Source: Phoronis australis (taxonomy: Eukaryota > Animalia > Phoronida). From it: a stretch of DNA of 64,000 nt. Location of the stretch: contig NMRA01000009.1 in NCBI GenBank assembly GCA_002633005.1, positions 600,248-664,247 on the forward strand, written 5' to 3'. Positions 53,183 through 64,000 of this stretch are shown in pieces (the stretch's first letter is position 1; every line of letters starts with the position of its first letter). The notes beneath the pieces are model-generated. The model did no database searches. It saw only the letters and a program-made list of their open reading frames with translations, and was not told the DNA's origin. A program made the translations under genes and the position numbers.

Positions 53183-53466
53183 TTAAGCATTGCGGGGAGT
53201 ACCAAGGGGCATACTGAACTTGGCAGCGATGCGACACTTCCTTGGAGTTTTTGAAGGTGACTGCTCTTCTGGAGAAGAGCTGAGCAAGTTCTGGAGTTCC
53301 TGAATCTTGTCCTTAAATGCTTGATGCTCAGGTGACTCCTGTTGGCCAACAGAGGGCATTGGTGGCAGGAGTTGAGCAGCAAACTGCAACATCTCTGATG
53401 TGGGAGTCTGGCACAGGGGCAACTGAAGCACCTTTTTCTCCTCCAATGAGAGACTGTTCAGAATGT
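53183..53466 (-). CDS. MARF1: MARF1 terminal exon
   Basis: tttctctgttcttag acceptor, phase 1; ends SPSKTPRKCRIAAKFSMPLGTPRNA*. Confidence 0.8.
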
Positions 53467-56400
53467 CTAAGAACAGAGAAATATCCCATGGGATTAGCAT
53501 GGCTAACATTGGTAGCTTGTAAGAAGTGAATCACTTTTTTCACTCAAATCTGTCAAATATAGAATGTGATGCAACAGCATACAATAAAGTGAATATAAAT
53601 GTACTGCATAGTCACACTCTTCAACTGTGTTCCAAAATGCACTAAAATAAAAAAAAAATAATTGCAGGCGGTCTGATACATGTTGTATCAGACGTGCGCA
53701 GGCCTCACATGTGGGCCCATTGCACTGATCACCTGGAAATATTTTTATGCTTTATTGATATATGGTTAAAACCGAGCTGAGGAGCTAGAAACCTGGCTCA
53801 AGGGTTTAGCAGTGTGACCTGGTGGGACTTGAACCCACGACCTCGAGTAAAGAAAGCGGGCACTTATCAACCAGGCCACACTGCCTCCTCTTCCAAAATG
53901 CACTCAACAAATAATACAATTGATGGGTTTCCAAACTCAACTGCAGTAATTTAGTTACAACTTAGCTCAACAAGTTAATGAGTTTCCAATGAGTCCTAAC
54001 ATCTGCCAAACTACAATAATCTAGATATGATTTGTCTCAAAAAGTGATACAATTAATAAGTTTCCAAAGAGTTCTGACAGCCATTTGCTGAATAACTTTG
54101 ACAGTATTCAGGATCTGATAAAGCTCCATCATCAACCCATATGACAAAAAATATTTTCATAAATCTAATGGCCAGAAGATCAATGATGCTTTCTCAACAT
54201 CACCAACGAGCAGAGTTTTATTCGCTTACTAATTGTTGCAAAAGCATCCATCGCTATTAGCATGCACAACTGATGTAAACCACCTACACTGTTGTACCAC
54301 CTACAGTGTGATCTGATGTATACCCATACACTGTGATACCACCTACAGTGTGATCTGATGTATACCCACACACTGTGATACCACCTACAGTGTGATTTGA
54401 TGTATACCCCATACACTGTGATACCACCTACAGAGTGATCTGATGTATACCCCATACACTGTGATACCACCTACAGAGTGATCTGATGTATACCCCATAC
54501 ACTGTGATACCACCTACAAAGTGATCTGATGTATACCCCATACACTGTGATACCACCTACAGCGTGATCTGATGTATACCCACACACTGTGATAAAAGGT
54601 GTCCTCCTAAGAACTCACCAAATGCTGGGACAGCAGTAGAAAGCTGTATAAGATCCTGCTCTACCACAGCCGGCTCCAGTGCTGGAGATGGCACACTAGA
54701 GGGAACCCTGTCAGACAGCAGGTCACAGGGGGAGCTGTTTATCATAACTAGCTCTGTGTCATCATCAACATCATCTTTATCCTCATCTACAATGAAAATA
54801 TTGCAATAATGTTTAACCAGCATTCTCCACGTTAGTTTGACATGGTATAACATGGCTCTACAGATAGCTGGACACAACAGACCAACACATAGCTTTACGT
54901 ATAGCTGGACACAACAGACCAACCCATGGCTCTACAGATAGCTGGACACAATAGACCAACACATTGCTTTACAGATAGCTGGACACAACAGACCAACACA
55001 TTTCTCTACAGATAGCTGGACACAAGAGATAGCTGGACACAAGTGATAGCTGGACACAAGTGATAGCTGGACACAACTGATAACTGGACACAAGTGGTAG
55101 CTGGACACAAGTGATAGCTGGACACAAGAGATAGCTGGACACAAGAGATAGCTGGACACAAGAGATAGCTGGACACAACAGATAGCTGGACACAAGAGAT
55201 AGCTGGACATAACAGATAGCTAGACACGATAGCTGGACATAACAGATAGCTAGACACGATAGCTGGACACAAGAGATAGCTGGACACAAGAGATAGCTGG
55301 ACACAAGAGATAGCTGGACACAAGAGATAACTGGACACAAGAGATAGCTGGACACAACTGATAACTGGACACAACTGGTAGCTGGACACAAGTGGTAGCT
55401 GGACACAAGTGGTAGCTGGACACAAGTGGTAGCTGGACACAAGTGATAGCTGGACACAAGAGATAGCTGGACACAAGAGATAGCTAGACACGATAGCTGG
55501 ACATAACAGATAGCTAGACACGATAGCTGGACACAACAGATAGCTGGACACAAGAGATAGCTGAACACAAGAGATAGCTGGACACAAGAGATAGCTGGAC
55601 ACAAGAGATAGCTGGACACAAGAGATAGCTGGACACAACAGACCAACACAAGGCTAATAGTGTAACTTGCATGCTAATTCCTTATCTCTGCGATTGCTTG
55701 GTCAAATTAGTTCGAAACACAACATATAGTGATGATGTGAATATGAGGGAGGTTAAAAATTGCCAGTGTTTTTAAGAACAACTTTTGTGTCGATCACTTA
55801 GCTGTGTCCAGAAAGTATCACGATGTGGTGTTGGGGAATAACACTGCATGATGCAGGTTATGTGAGCCCCCAAGGTATGTCATTAGTGCAAAGGTCATCT
55901 ATTTGCAGAATTTTTTGTTTTCACATTTACAAGTTGTCATTGAATACAACTGCGCTTCATTTTTAAGCAACGTCCTGTTTTCATCAACCTTCTTTCATTG
56001 AAAACCACTTAAGCATCCTTCGCCCTGCTTTGCTGGCTAACAAACTTACCTCACATTAGGCCTATACTCTAGACTCATAAATCAGTCCCCCCAAATATTC
56101 TTTTATCATATAGGATTCTAGTTCCATTACAAATTCAACTCACAAGCAATGCATACATGCACTATTTTCAAATTCTCAATTTTAAGCCAACACCAATGAA
56201 GTCGAAGCGTTTTCTCAAGTCAGTGATGGTTTCAATGTTTTTGTTAATAATACAATCATAGTAAGCAGCAAGTACTATTTTAAGACTGATGTTCTCAGTG
56301 TTTTATTTTTAGCATCTAAACAGGGTGAAAAAAAAACAAGCAAATAGCCTAAAAACAGTATACCTAGAATTCCTGAATCATTCGAAGGTGAAGTGAAATT

Positions 56401-59400
56401 TCGCTCAGCATCAATGGGTCCACACAAGATTCTAGTAGGAAGGCTTTTGTAGGCAACTTGTACACTAAGCCGATCTGAAATACATTAATAATGTGACCAC
56501 CAGTTTAACACCTATAGTCAACAACTGAGAACTTTAATGATGCCAGGATAATAACACCAGGCAATTTTGCGTAAATTGTCTCGTTCATTCAACTGAAAAA
56601 CTTGGCGTGGTCCTGCACGACGGAATGGTGGCCAGTTATAACCTTTTAATACAGAAGTACAAGGTTGGAATAGGACAGTTGCAAGGTGAGACACTTTCAA
56701 TACTCAGAACGTCAGTTCAAACATACATGCATTACCTCAAGATTGACTCTTCAGTAAATACTCACTCAGGAAATCTTGGTTAAGTAAGACAGTGCGTCGC
56801 TGGCCTCTCCCTCGTATTGTAACCATGTGTGAGATGGCTTGTAGTAGCGAGGTATTGGTAGGGTAGCCATAGTGGAGAGAGTTGAGCTCAATGCCGAAAT
56901 GTTGTTGGTAGACTGACGCAAAGTTCTGCAGAGGTAGCTTGTTTTGATTGGACTGCAGGAGGGAGCGAATACTGCGAGCAAACATCTGAAGTGGACATAA
57001 CTTGATGGTGCCAGTCAGGATGTTACCATGAATCTGTGAAGAAAAGAGAGTTTTAAGTAGTTTATAAGTTGCATGATGGGAGTTTGGGGAAACCTGCTTC
57101 ACACTATGGCCAATATAAACTGTTAGCTTTAGTGTACCTGCTTCACATCACGGCCAGCATTTAGATTTAAATTCATGGCGATGGCAAAAAATCAAGTTGT
57201 GAAACAAAGCACGTTAACACTTGTTGTTTTCTATGGTCAGATTATGGGGCCTAGGTGCATTACTTTGGGCTAAATATACTCCTTCATTCTTTTTAGTCTT
57301 ACTTTGAAGGTTGACTTTTTTACCCACCGATATCAACGTCAGTCTCATCAGAAACAGATCTCTACATATTAATAATGATCCTTCAAGAGGGTTGGTGGAT
57401 GAAGAGGCTGATTTCAAAAACATACTCAAAAATTTTTAAAATGGCCACAGGGTAGAGCAGGATACGTCAAATCCGCCCGTAAACAAGAAGTCATCATCCC
57501 CTCAATACAAACCTACTTACGAAGTTCCATGATAATAAAAATGGCTGTTGTACATCAAATCTATCCGAACATGGGAGCCTGTTGACTCTTTAATAGAAGC
57601 CTATTTATTAGATTTCATAAAAATCTGCCAAAGAGTTTCAAAGGTACAGAGAACAAAAAAAAATAAAATTGCTACAAAGTGGGCTCAGGGGTAGTCCGAT
57701 CCGTCCCAATGTCGTCTATTGTCAAATTCATATAAACACACTTGTCAAATACTGCAGAAGGTTTGAGAGATACAGCCATAGGTGCAAACAAAATTTCATT
57801 AGGTGGCACCACAGTAATCAGAGTAATCCGAAAATCCGCATCACCTGTCCCCTTAACATTAGAAACATAAATATCAATTTTCAAAATCGTTCTTAGAGTG
57901 GTTTGGGTGACAGAGGGAAGGATGCCAAAAACAGACTACAATAGTAAAAATGACAATTAGATGGTCAAAGTATGTCGAATCCATTCAAAAACAGGAACAT
58001 GTCATCGTTTATTTAATAGAAAGTTATTTACCAAATTTCATAAAAACCCATCACGCAACTTCAGAGAAACAGAGAAAAATGGAAAAAATGAAATTGCCGC
58101 TAGGGGGACAGGGTTCATCAAATGCATACGAGAAGTCATAGTCGTTCGTTGTCAAATAAATAAATTTGCTAAATTTAATAAAGATCCTGTTGAGGGTTTA
58201 GGAGATACAGCCATTGGTGCAAAAAATGCCAATAGGAGGCGCCACAGCACTTGAAGTCATTGGAAAATCATCGTCAGCTGTCCTCTTCCCAGTAGGAACA
58301 TATATGCCAATGTTCACTATCATCCTTGGAGTAGTTTGGTTGATATAGGGGCAAACATCAAAAAACATGACTCGAAAAAAGTGAAAATGGCTACTAGATG
58401 GCGCAAAATACCTCAAATCCATCCGAAAACGGGAGGGTAGCATCAACTTACTAATAGATATGTATTTTTCAAATTTTATGAAAATCCGTTGAGAGGATAC
58501 AGAGGTAAACGTAAAAAACTAAAATGACCACTAGGAGGCACACCAGCAGTCGGATCCATCCGAAAGTTTGCTCACGCCGTCCCATCCATGAAAGGAACGC
58601 ATGTGCAAAATTTCATGAACATATATCAAAGGATTTTGGAGACAGAGCAGTGGATGCCAGGAGAGACACCGGAAGGACGTCGAACGGACAGATGGACAGA
58701 CAAGTATGACGGTATATTATGCCTACTTATAAAAATGTGGGAACATAAAAATGAGAATGAATAGGTTTATACATAATATCTATGAGCAACATTTCATAGA
58801 AGACGAGAAGTGTCAAGGAAAGTTAAAATTTGCATTTGCTCTGTTGTTGCTACACAACACACGGGATATACATGCCCAACTCACCTCCACAACTTCCATC
58901 ATCTCAGCCCTGACTGACTCCATACTGCACATCTCTTTGTACAGTTCAACAAACTTAGACTTAAACTCAGGTATTCTCATGTCTCCTGCTGGCTGGTTGA
59001 TCAGGATGTCCACTACCCTGTAGGCCAGGCGCTGGACAACTGACCGGTCCACCAAACTGACCATCTGGTGACCCTGCACATTCTCAACCTAAAAGGGTTT
59101 TTTATACACTCAATTGATGTCTGTTCACAGCAGCTTAATTATCAAAACCTCACTACAATCATACACAGGCACAGTGCAGAGGGTATTGCAGAAAAACATG
59201 AATTGAAATCACTACAAATTCTGCTTTCATGCAAATTTATTATCAAAGACCTGAAATGTTGACTAATTGCTACATTTCGTAGACAGGGTTACTCCCTTAA
59301 GGATTGCAACAGGTGAATATAATAGTCAGTAAAGTGAGGTCTTGGTACACATCTCTGATATACTTGTAACTTGACCACAAGCACCCCTTGCAATACGGCT

Positions 59401-61301
59401 TCAAATGTAAACAATCTATTTGTTCTTAAAAAGTCATGACATTTGGCAATTTTTTCAATTTACAATAATACAGTTATCAGATAACACAAAGTTTACATTA
59501 ATCAGATAACACAAAGCTTACATTAATCAGATAACACAAAGTTTACATTAATACTAGATTTCACAGCAACTTCAATTTACAACTTTAAAAAGCCAATACA
59601 GGCAAATTCGGTTCCTACAATATGCTTTAAGAATCACTCTGAGTACACAAAAAAAATATTGCAGCACGTAACGAACAGTCAGCACGTAACGAACAGTCAG
59701 CACGTAACGAACAGTCAGCACGTAACGAACAGTCAGCACGTAACGAACAGTCAGCACGTAACGAACAGTCAGCACGTAACGAACAGTACGCTTGTAATGA
59801 ACAGTCAGCTTGTAATGAACAGTATGCTGGTAATGAACAGTCGGCACGTAATGAACAGTCGGCACGTAATGAACAGTCGGCACGTAATGAACAGTCGGCA
59901 CGTAATGAACAGTCAGCATGTAATGAACAGTACGCTTGTAATGAACAGTCAGCTTGTAATGAACAGTACGCTTGTAATGAACAGTCAGCTTGTAATGAAC
60001 AGTCAGCATGTAATGAACAGTACGCTTGTAATGAACAGTCAGCTTGTAATGAACAGTCAGGCTACATGACTGTGAGATTCCTAATATGGTGTTTTATTCA
60101 ATGGTTACTTTCAGCCTTTCATTCTTTGTTCTGTGTTTTCGCAGTGATGTATAGTGGCATGAAAATGCTACACGTATTATGTATCATTTGATTGCTTTTC
60201 GTATGTTGCTCCAGTAATGCATCCTTTCAAAGAAGACTTTACAAACAGTGTTTTATTTACTGATCAAAGGATGAAGTACCTGAAGCAGTCCTCTTTGTGC
60301 ATCGTATGATACTATCATACAAGTTTTGTAAGCATAATACAACAAACAACAAATTGCTAAAGGAGCTCTACCTTAACAACGTAGTTAATTTTCTTCAGTA
60401 GCATTTCCAAGGACAAGACACCAAAGTCCTGTAGTTTGATGCAGTAACCATGGAAGCGCATGAACTCTTGCAGGAAGTACTGCAGTGGCACCGAGTGGTG
60501 GACGTGGGACTTCAACATGGCTGTCGTCTGCTCACCAAACACTTTGAAGAGTTCTCCATCTGTCAGACAGATCACCTTGTCATCCAGCTCATCTACTATC
60601 TGAAAGGCAAAATTTGTAAGTTGTGCTTCATAGCAGACTGTTGTGTTGAGACTCAGTACAGAAAAATCAGCTTCAACAAACCCCCCGTTTTATGTGGGAC
60701 CTGCTTGAGGTGAAAGAAACCCCTGGTACAATTTAAGATCACCTGGACCACTTCATGTCAGTCATGCTAGAACCACTACGTATGAGGTAAATTCTCTCCA
60801 ATCTTATAGAGTGCAGCTGTAGACTTCTCTACCCAGACATATTAGAGAGAGAGAGAGAGTTAATCATTTAATGATTTCAAGAAAAACATTGTGCGGTTTG
60901 TGGTAGCCTGAATATATTGTGTCTTGTTTGTTTACTTGTTTCAGCCACGTGTCAGTGACAATAGCCAGCAGCTAATGTTTTACTGAAAACTGACAATAAA
61001 GAATTTTAAAAAGTCAAACAAACTACACTTACTAATTGTTCTGCATACTATGACATCACGTATGTGTGCCTGACTGTCATGCTATTGTGTTGGGCTGAAA
61101 GTTGCATTTCTTTACAATTACAAGAACATAAGCCATACAATAAATGTCAGTCAAGCTCCTTGTCATAAGCAATGTCTCCTGCACATGAAACTATTGACAC
61201 AGCCCAATATGACAGGGTACAATGAAGGCCATTTCGAGGATTTAATGTGCAGCATAATGACACGCGTCATCCAACACAATTATGCAACTCTGCATATACA
61301 T

Positions 61302-61353
<52 letters not shown>

Positions 61354-62706
61354 NNNNNNNNNNNNNNNNNNNNNNNNNNNNNNNNNNNNNNNNNNNNNNN
61401 NNNNNNNNNNNNNNNNNNNNNNNNNNNNNNNNNNNNNNNNNNNNNNNNNNNNNNNNNNNNNNNNNNNNNNNNNNNNNNNNNNNNNNNNNNNNNNNNNNNN
61501 NNNNNNNNNNNNNNNNNNNNNNNNNNNNNNNNNNNNNNNNNNNNNNNNNNNNNNNNNNNNNNNNNNNNNNNNNNNNNNNNNNNNNNNNNNNNNNNNNNNN
61601 NNNNNNNNNNNNNNNNNNNNNNNNNNNNNNNNNNNNNNNNNNNNNNNNNNNNNNNNNNNNNNNNNNNNNNNNNNNNATAATCTATTGTGCCAGTGTTTAC
61701 CCTTGTCCCCTGTGATAATCTATTGTGCCAGTGTTTACCCTTGTCCCATGTGATAATCTATTGTGCCAGTGTTTACCCTTGTCCCATGTGATAATCTATT
61801 GTGCCAGTGTTTACCCTTGTCCCCTGTGATAATCTATTGTGCCAGTGTTTACCCTTGTCCCATGTGATAATCTATTGTGCCAGTGTTTACCCTTGTCCCC
61901 TGTGATAATCTATTGTGCCAGTGTTTACCCTTGTCCCATGTGATAATCTATTGTGCCAGTGTTTACCCTTACAGACAGAAAATTGTTCAGTGCTCACCTT
62001 CACAATGTCTGGAATGGCCTCAAATAACTCCATCAGTTTTGTGAAGCCATAGTCAGACACTTTGCACTGGCGTCCAAAATGATGGTGGTAGGCAGGTACA
62101 AACTTGTTGAATGGCATGCGACACTGGCGACTGTGTTTCAATAGCTCCACCACCTCCGCAGCAAAGGTACGGGTACGCTCAATCTCCTCAGGGGTCTGGT
62201 CGTGTCTAGGCAGTGCCAAGATAGTATCATCAGGTGCTGACACCACCTGTGGTAAAACACCATCATAGAAAAGAAATACACCTACTCAACTGATGTGCTG
62301 TACATGAGACTTAATGTCAATGTTTACATATCTACAACACAATCTAGAAACAATGGTAAGGCTTGTTGATGATCCATAAACATTTGATTACTTTTGATAA
62401 CCACATCATAACTCAGAGCAAACAAGTCTACACTGTAAATATTAAGTTAATTGTTATTTTCAATGACTAACGTTCATGTCTACTAATGGATCCTTTATTG
62501 CTCCTACTCAGTGGAATGTTTGTTATGAGATCAAAACCTCAACAGACAATGGGTCAGTTGTTTGTCAATATTGTTGATACACAGTCAATATTATTTTCAT
62601 GACAGATGACTCACTGCAAGTACTGAGTCGGGAAGATCATGGATCATATCATCAAGAACACAGACTCCGTAATCTGGCATGTGTAGTGGTCGACCATTCA
62701 CCTTCT
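53183..62706 (-). CDS. MARF1: MARF1 / limkain-b1 (meiosis regulator and mRNA stability factor 1), 3' part only: join(complement 62615..62706, 61998..62246, 60372..60599, 58885..59088, 56766..57033, 54619..54786, 53183..53466); upstream exons lie beyond the window
   Basis: Tandem OST-HTH/LOTUS repeats, including EIERTRTFAAEVVELLKHSRQCRMPFNKFVPAYHHHFGRQCKVSDYGFTKLMELFEAIPD, which is diagnostic of MARF1. C-terminal RIAAKFS motif. All six introns are GT-AG and phase-compatible. Confidence 0.92.
53644..53890 (-). mobile_element. tRNA-derived SINE, 247 bp, in the last MARF1 intron
   Basis: A box TGGCCTGGTTG, B box GGTTCAAGTCC, 3' stem-loop, T-rich tail; perfect 14-bp TSD TTCCAAAATGCACT at 53630-53643 and 53891-53904. 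Confidence 0.85.
54281..54592. repeat. 41/42-bp minisatellite x~7.5
   Basis: cacctacagtgtgatctgatgtataccccatacactgtgatac. Confidence 0.93.
54619..54786 (-). CDS. MARF1: MARF1 exon (acidic/Pro-rich disordered tail)
   Basis: ttgtag acceptor, G|gtgagt donor, phase 1-1, open frame ending DLIQLSTAVPAF. Confidence 0.75.
54858..55650. repeat. 17-bp minisatellite with higher-order variants
   Basis: gatagctggacacaaga. Confidence 0.95.
56766..57033 (-). CDS. MARF1: MARF1 exon (last LOTUS)
   Basis: 268 nt, phase 0-1; LQMFARSIRSLL...YQQHFG...YGYP...LLQAI...IRGRGQRRTVLL. Confidence 0.92.
57200..58750 (+). mobile_element. Modular interspersed repeat, Helentron/HINE-like
   Basis: Repeated diverged modules (ccaaatttcat..aatcc..gagatacag..aaaatggccactagggggc), GGAC/AGAC microsatellite near the 3' end, terminal imperfect hairpin and A-run; left boundary approximate. 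Confidence 0.5.
58885..59088 (-). CDS. MARF1: MARF1 exon (LOTUS)
   Basis: 204 nt, phase 0-0; VVDILINQPAGDMRIPEFKSKFVELY. Confidence 0.88.
59662..60060. repeat. 21-bp minisatellite x~19 with blocks of variants
   Basis: cagcacgtaa(c/t)gaacagt core. Confidence 0.95.
60372..60599 (-). CDS. MARF1: MARF1 exon (LOTUS)
   Basis: 228 nt, phase 0-0; FLQEFMRFHGYCIKLQDFGVLSLEMLL. Confidence 0.9.
61304..61353. repeat. (TG)n microsatellite running into an assembly gap
   Basis: Direct reading. Confidence 0.97.
61354..61676. other. Assembly gap (N run)
   Basis: Run of N. Confidence 0.99.
61677..61969. repeat. 39-bp minisatellite x~7.5
   Basis: ataatctattgtgccagtgtttacccttgtccc(c/a)tgtg. Confidence 0.95.
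61998..62246 (-). CDS. MARF1: MARF1 exon (LOTUS)
   Basis: 249 nt, phase 0-0; MPFNKFVPAYHHHFGRQC. Confidence 0.95.
62615..62706 (-). CDS. MARF1: MARF1 exon (LOTUS part, KVNGRPLHMPDYGVCVLDDMIHDLPDSVLA)
   Basis: tttacag acceptor, gtgagt donor; YGVCxLxD motif. Confidence 0.88.
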
Positions 62707-63390
62707 CTGTAAACAACACACAGCAGATGTATTTGCTTCAGTAACAAGAACATGCACCTTGAATTGATAAGCAATGTCACAAATCTAAAGGTACCATATA
62801 TGATACAATAAAAAAGTTATACAGGGAAGTGATGAAACCTATTGATAAAAAAGAACATACACCCAAAAATGATAATTTCAAGGCCAGTATGAAAGATTCG
62901 AAAAAATTCCTGGTTATTTTGAATTCAAATACTGGTCGTGCATATCACCAGTGTGTTGTTAGTGCTAATGTCTTATCACTATTTACCATCTGAATACACA
63001 AGTTTACAAGTTGGCCACAAAAATGGACCTATTCATGATGATAATGTATGATAGCAAAATTACACTGAATGAGGTAGAGAAGTGTATTGACAATTTAAAG
63101 AGTTGCAAATCATTTAAATTAGAAATAATATGCAGTGATCTCCTTAGTGAGGGCAAGGAAGTCCTGTTGGGGGGGGGGGGGNGGGGGGGGGGGGGGTGTT
63201 ATGTAACCTCTTCAATAGGATCTTTAGTACTGGTTACATTATTTTATATGAGTGATCAGTAGAGTGGACAAGTTGTGATGGACGTACAATCAGAGAAGAT
63301 CTTGATAACTTATGAAAAAAGTATTCATCCTAGGAAAATAATTAATACATCAATTGTAAGGTCTCATTGATAGCTTTCATGTATTAAGTA

Positions 63391-64000
63391 CTAGTCCACG
63401 AGAGCACCAGCCATGAGCGGCAAGGTGGGGGTCAGCCGATTTTCACCAAATTTGGCACATAGGTAGTCCTATGGGAACTATAAACAGCGGTAAAATATTT
63501 CTTGAAAATATTGCGTTTTTCTAAAGTTATAGGCTCAAACACATTTTACGGCTTCGCAGCCATGTTTTCACGGTATAAAAACTGTCCAGTTTTAACTGTT
63601 CAGATTTTTCCTTGAATGAAAGCTATGGATTTATTATTCACTTAGCATTGTTTAGTGGTGCCTGTAGATTGTTACACAGATGTCTTGAAACACGATTCCG
63701 ATTTACCACCCTCATTTAGTAGTTTTACTACACTGCCCCCCGTTATGCCATTTTGAGGTTGTGTTCAGTACACTGCTGTACCAAATCTGCCCCCACTGTT
63801 ATGAGAATGAAACTTAGCCAAAATGTTGACAAAACATGTTACTTTCATTTCATAAAATAAAAACTTTGTCAGCCAGTTTATTAGTTATATATTTTGGCAC
63901 CTCAAATGTACTAAAATGAGAAATTTTCATATATCTGAGATCGATGCGTGAGCACCGTAAAATCCGATTGTCCTTTATGTTTTTCGATATTTTGCAACAA
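63391..64000. mobile_element. Probable left end of a DNA transposon, truncated by the window
   Basis: Abrupt shift to CpG-richer sequence starting TAGTCCACGAG with a ccgattttcaccaaatttggcaca subterminal motif; other end not visible. Confidence 0.3.

Noticed and set aside
53467-53549. Upstream acceptor (53550) for the MARF1 terminal exon
   Set aside because: Leads to an in-frame TAG; the acceptor at 53467 keeps the frame.
53806-53889. Possible tRNA gene
   Set aside because: Part of a TSD-flanked 247-bp SINE; the cloverleaf is not convincing.
54932-55649. Cys-rich ORFs of up to 226 aa
   Set aside because: They come from the 17-bp minisatellite; there are no splice signals or homology.
61185-61753. 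ORFs spanning (TG)n and X runs
   Set aside because: Artefacts of the microsatellite and the assembly gap.

Overview
AT-rich, intron-rich animal genomic DNA; the repeat landscape suggests a marine invertebrate such as a mollusc, but that is inference. Three spliced genes can be built by hand. (1) A complete 4-exon meteorin/METRNL-family secreted-protein gene on the minus strand (25833->3794, 300 aa). (2) A queuosine-tRNA galactosyltransferase gene (QTGAL/B3GNTL1) on the plus strand (26639->50904). It lies head-to-head with the meteorin-like gene across about 0.8 kb; 11 of 12 expected coding exons are present and exon 3 probably falls in an assembly gap. (3) The 3' seven exons of MARF1/limkain-b1 (OST-HTH/LOTUS repeats) on the minus strand, tail-to-tail with QTGAL. 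The introns hold nested pogo/Tc1-like non-autonomous elements, a palindromic Kolobok derivative, ISL2EU-like MITEs, a decayed hAT transposase, a Penelope fragment, a tRNA-derived SINE, modular HINE-like repeats and about 20 minisatellites. Most ORFs in the supplied track are spurious. The most notable points are the METRNL-QTGAL divergent pair, which is also adjacent and divergent in human 17q25.3, and a tandem stop/start uORF leader in front of QTGAL.
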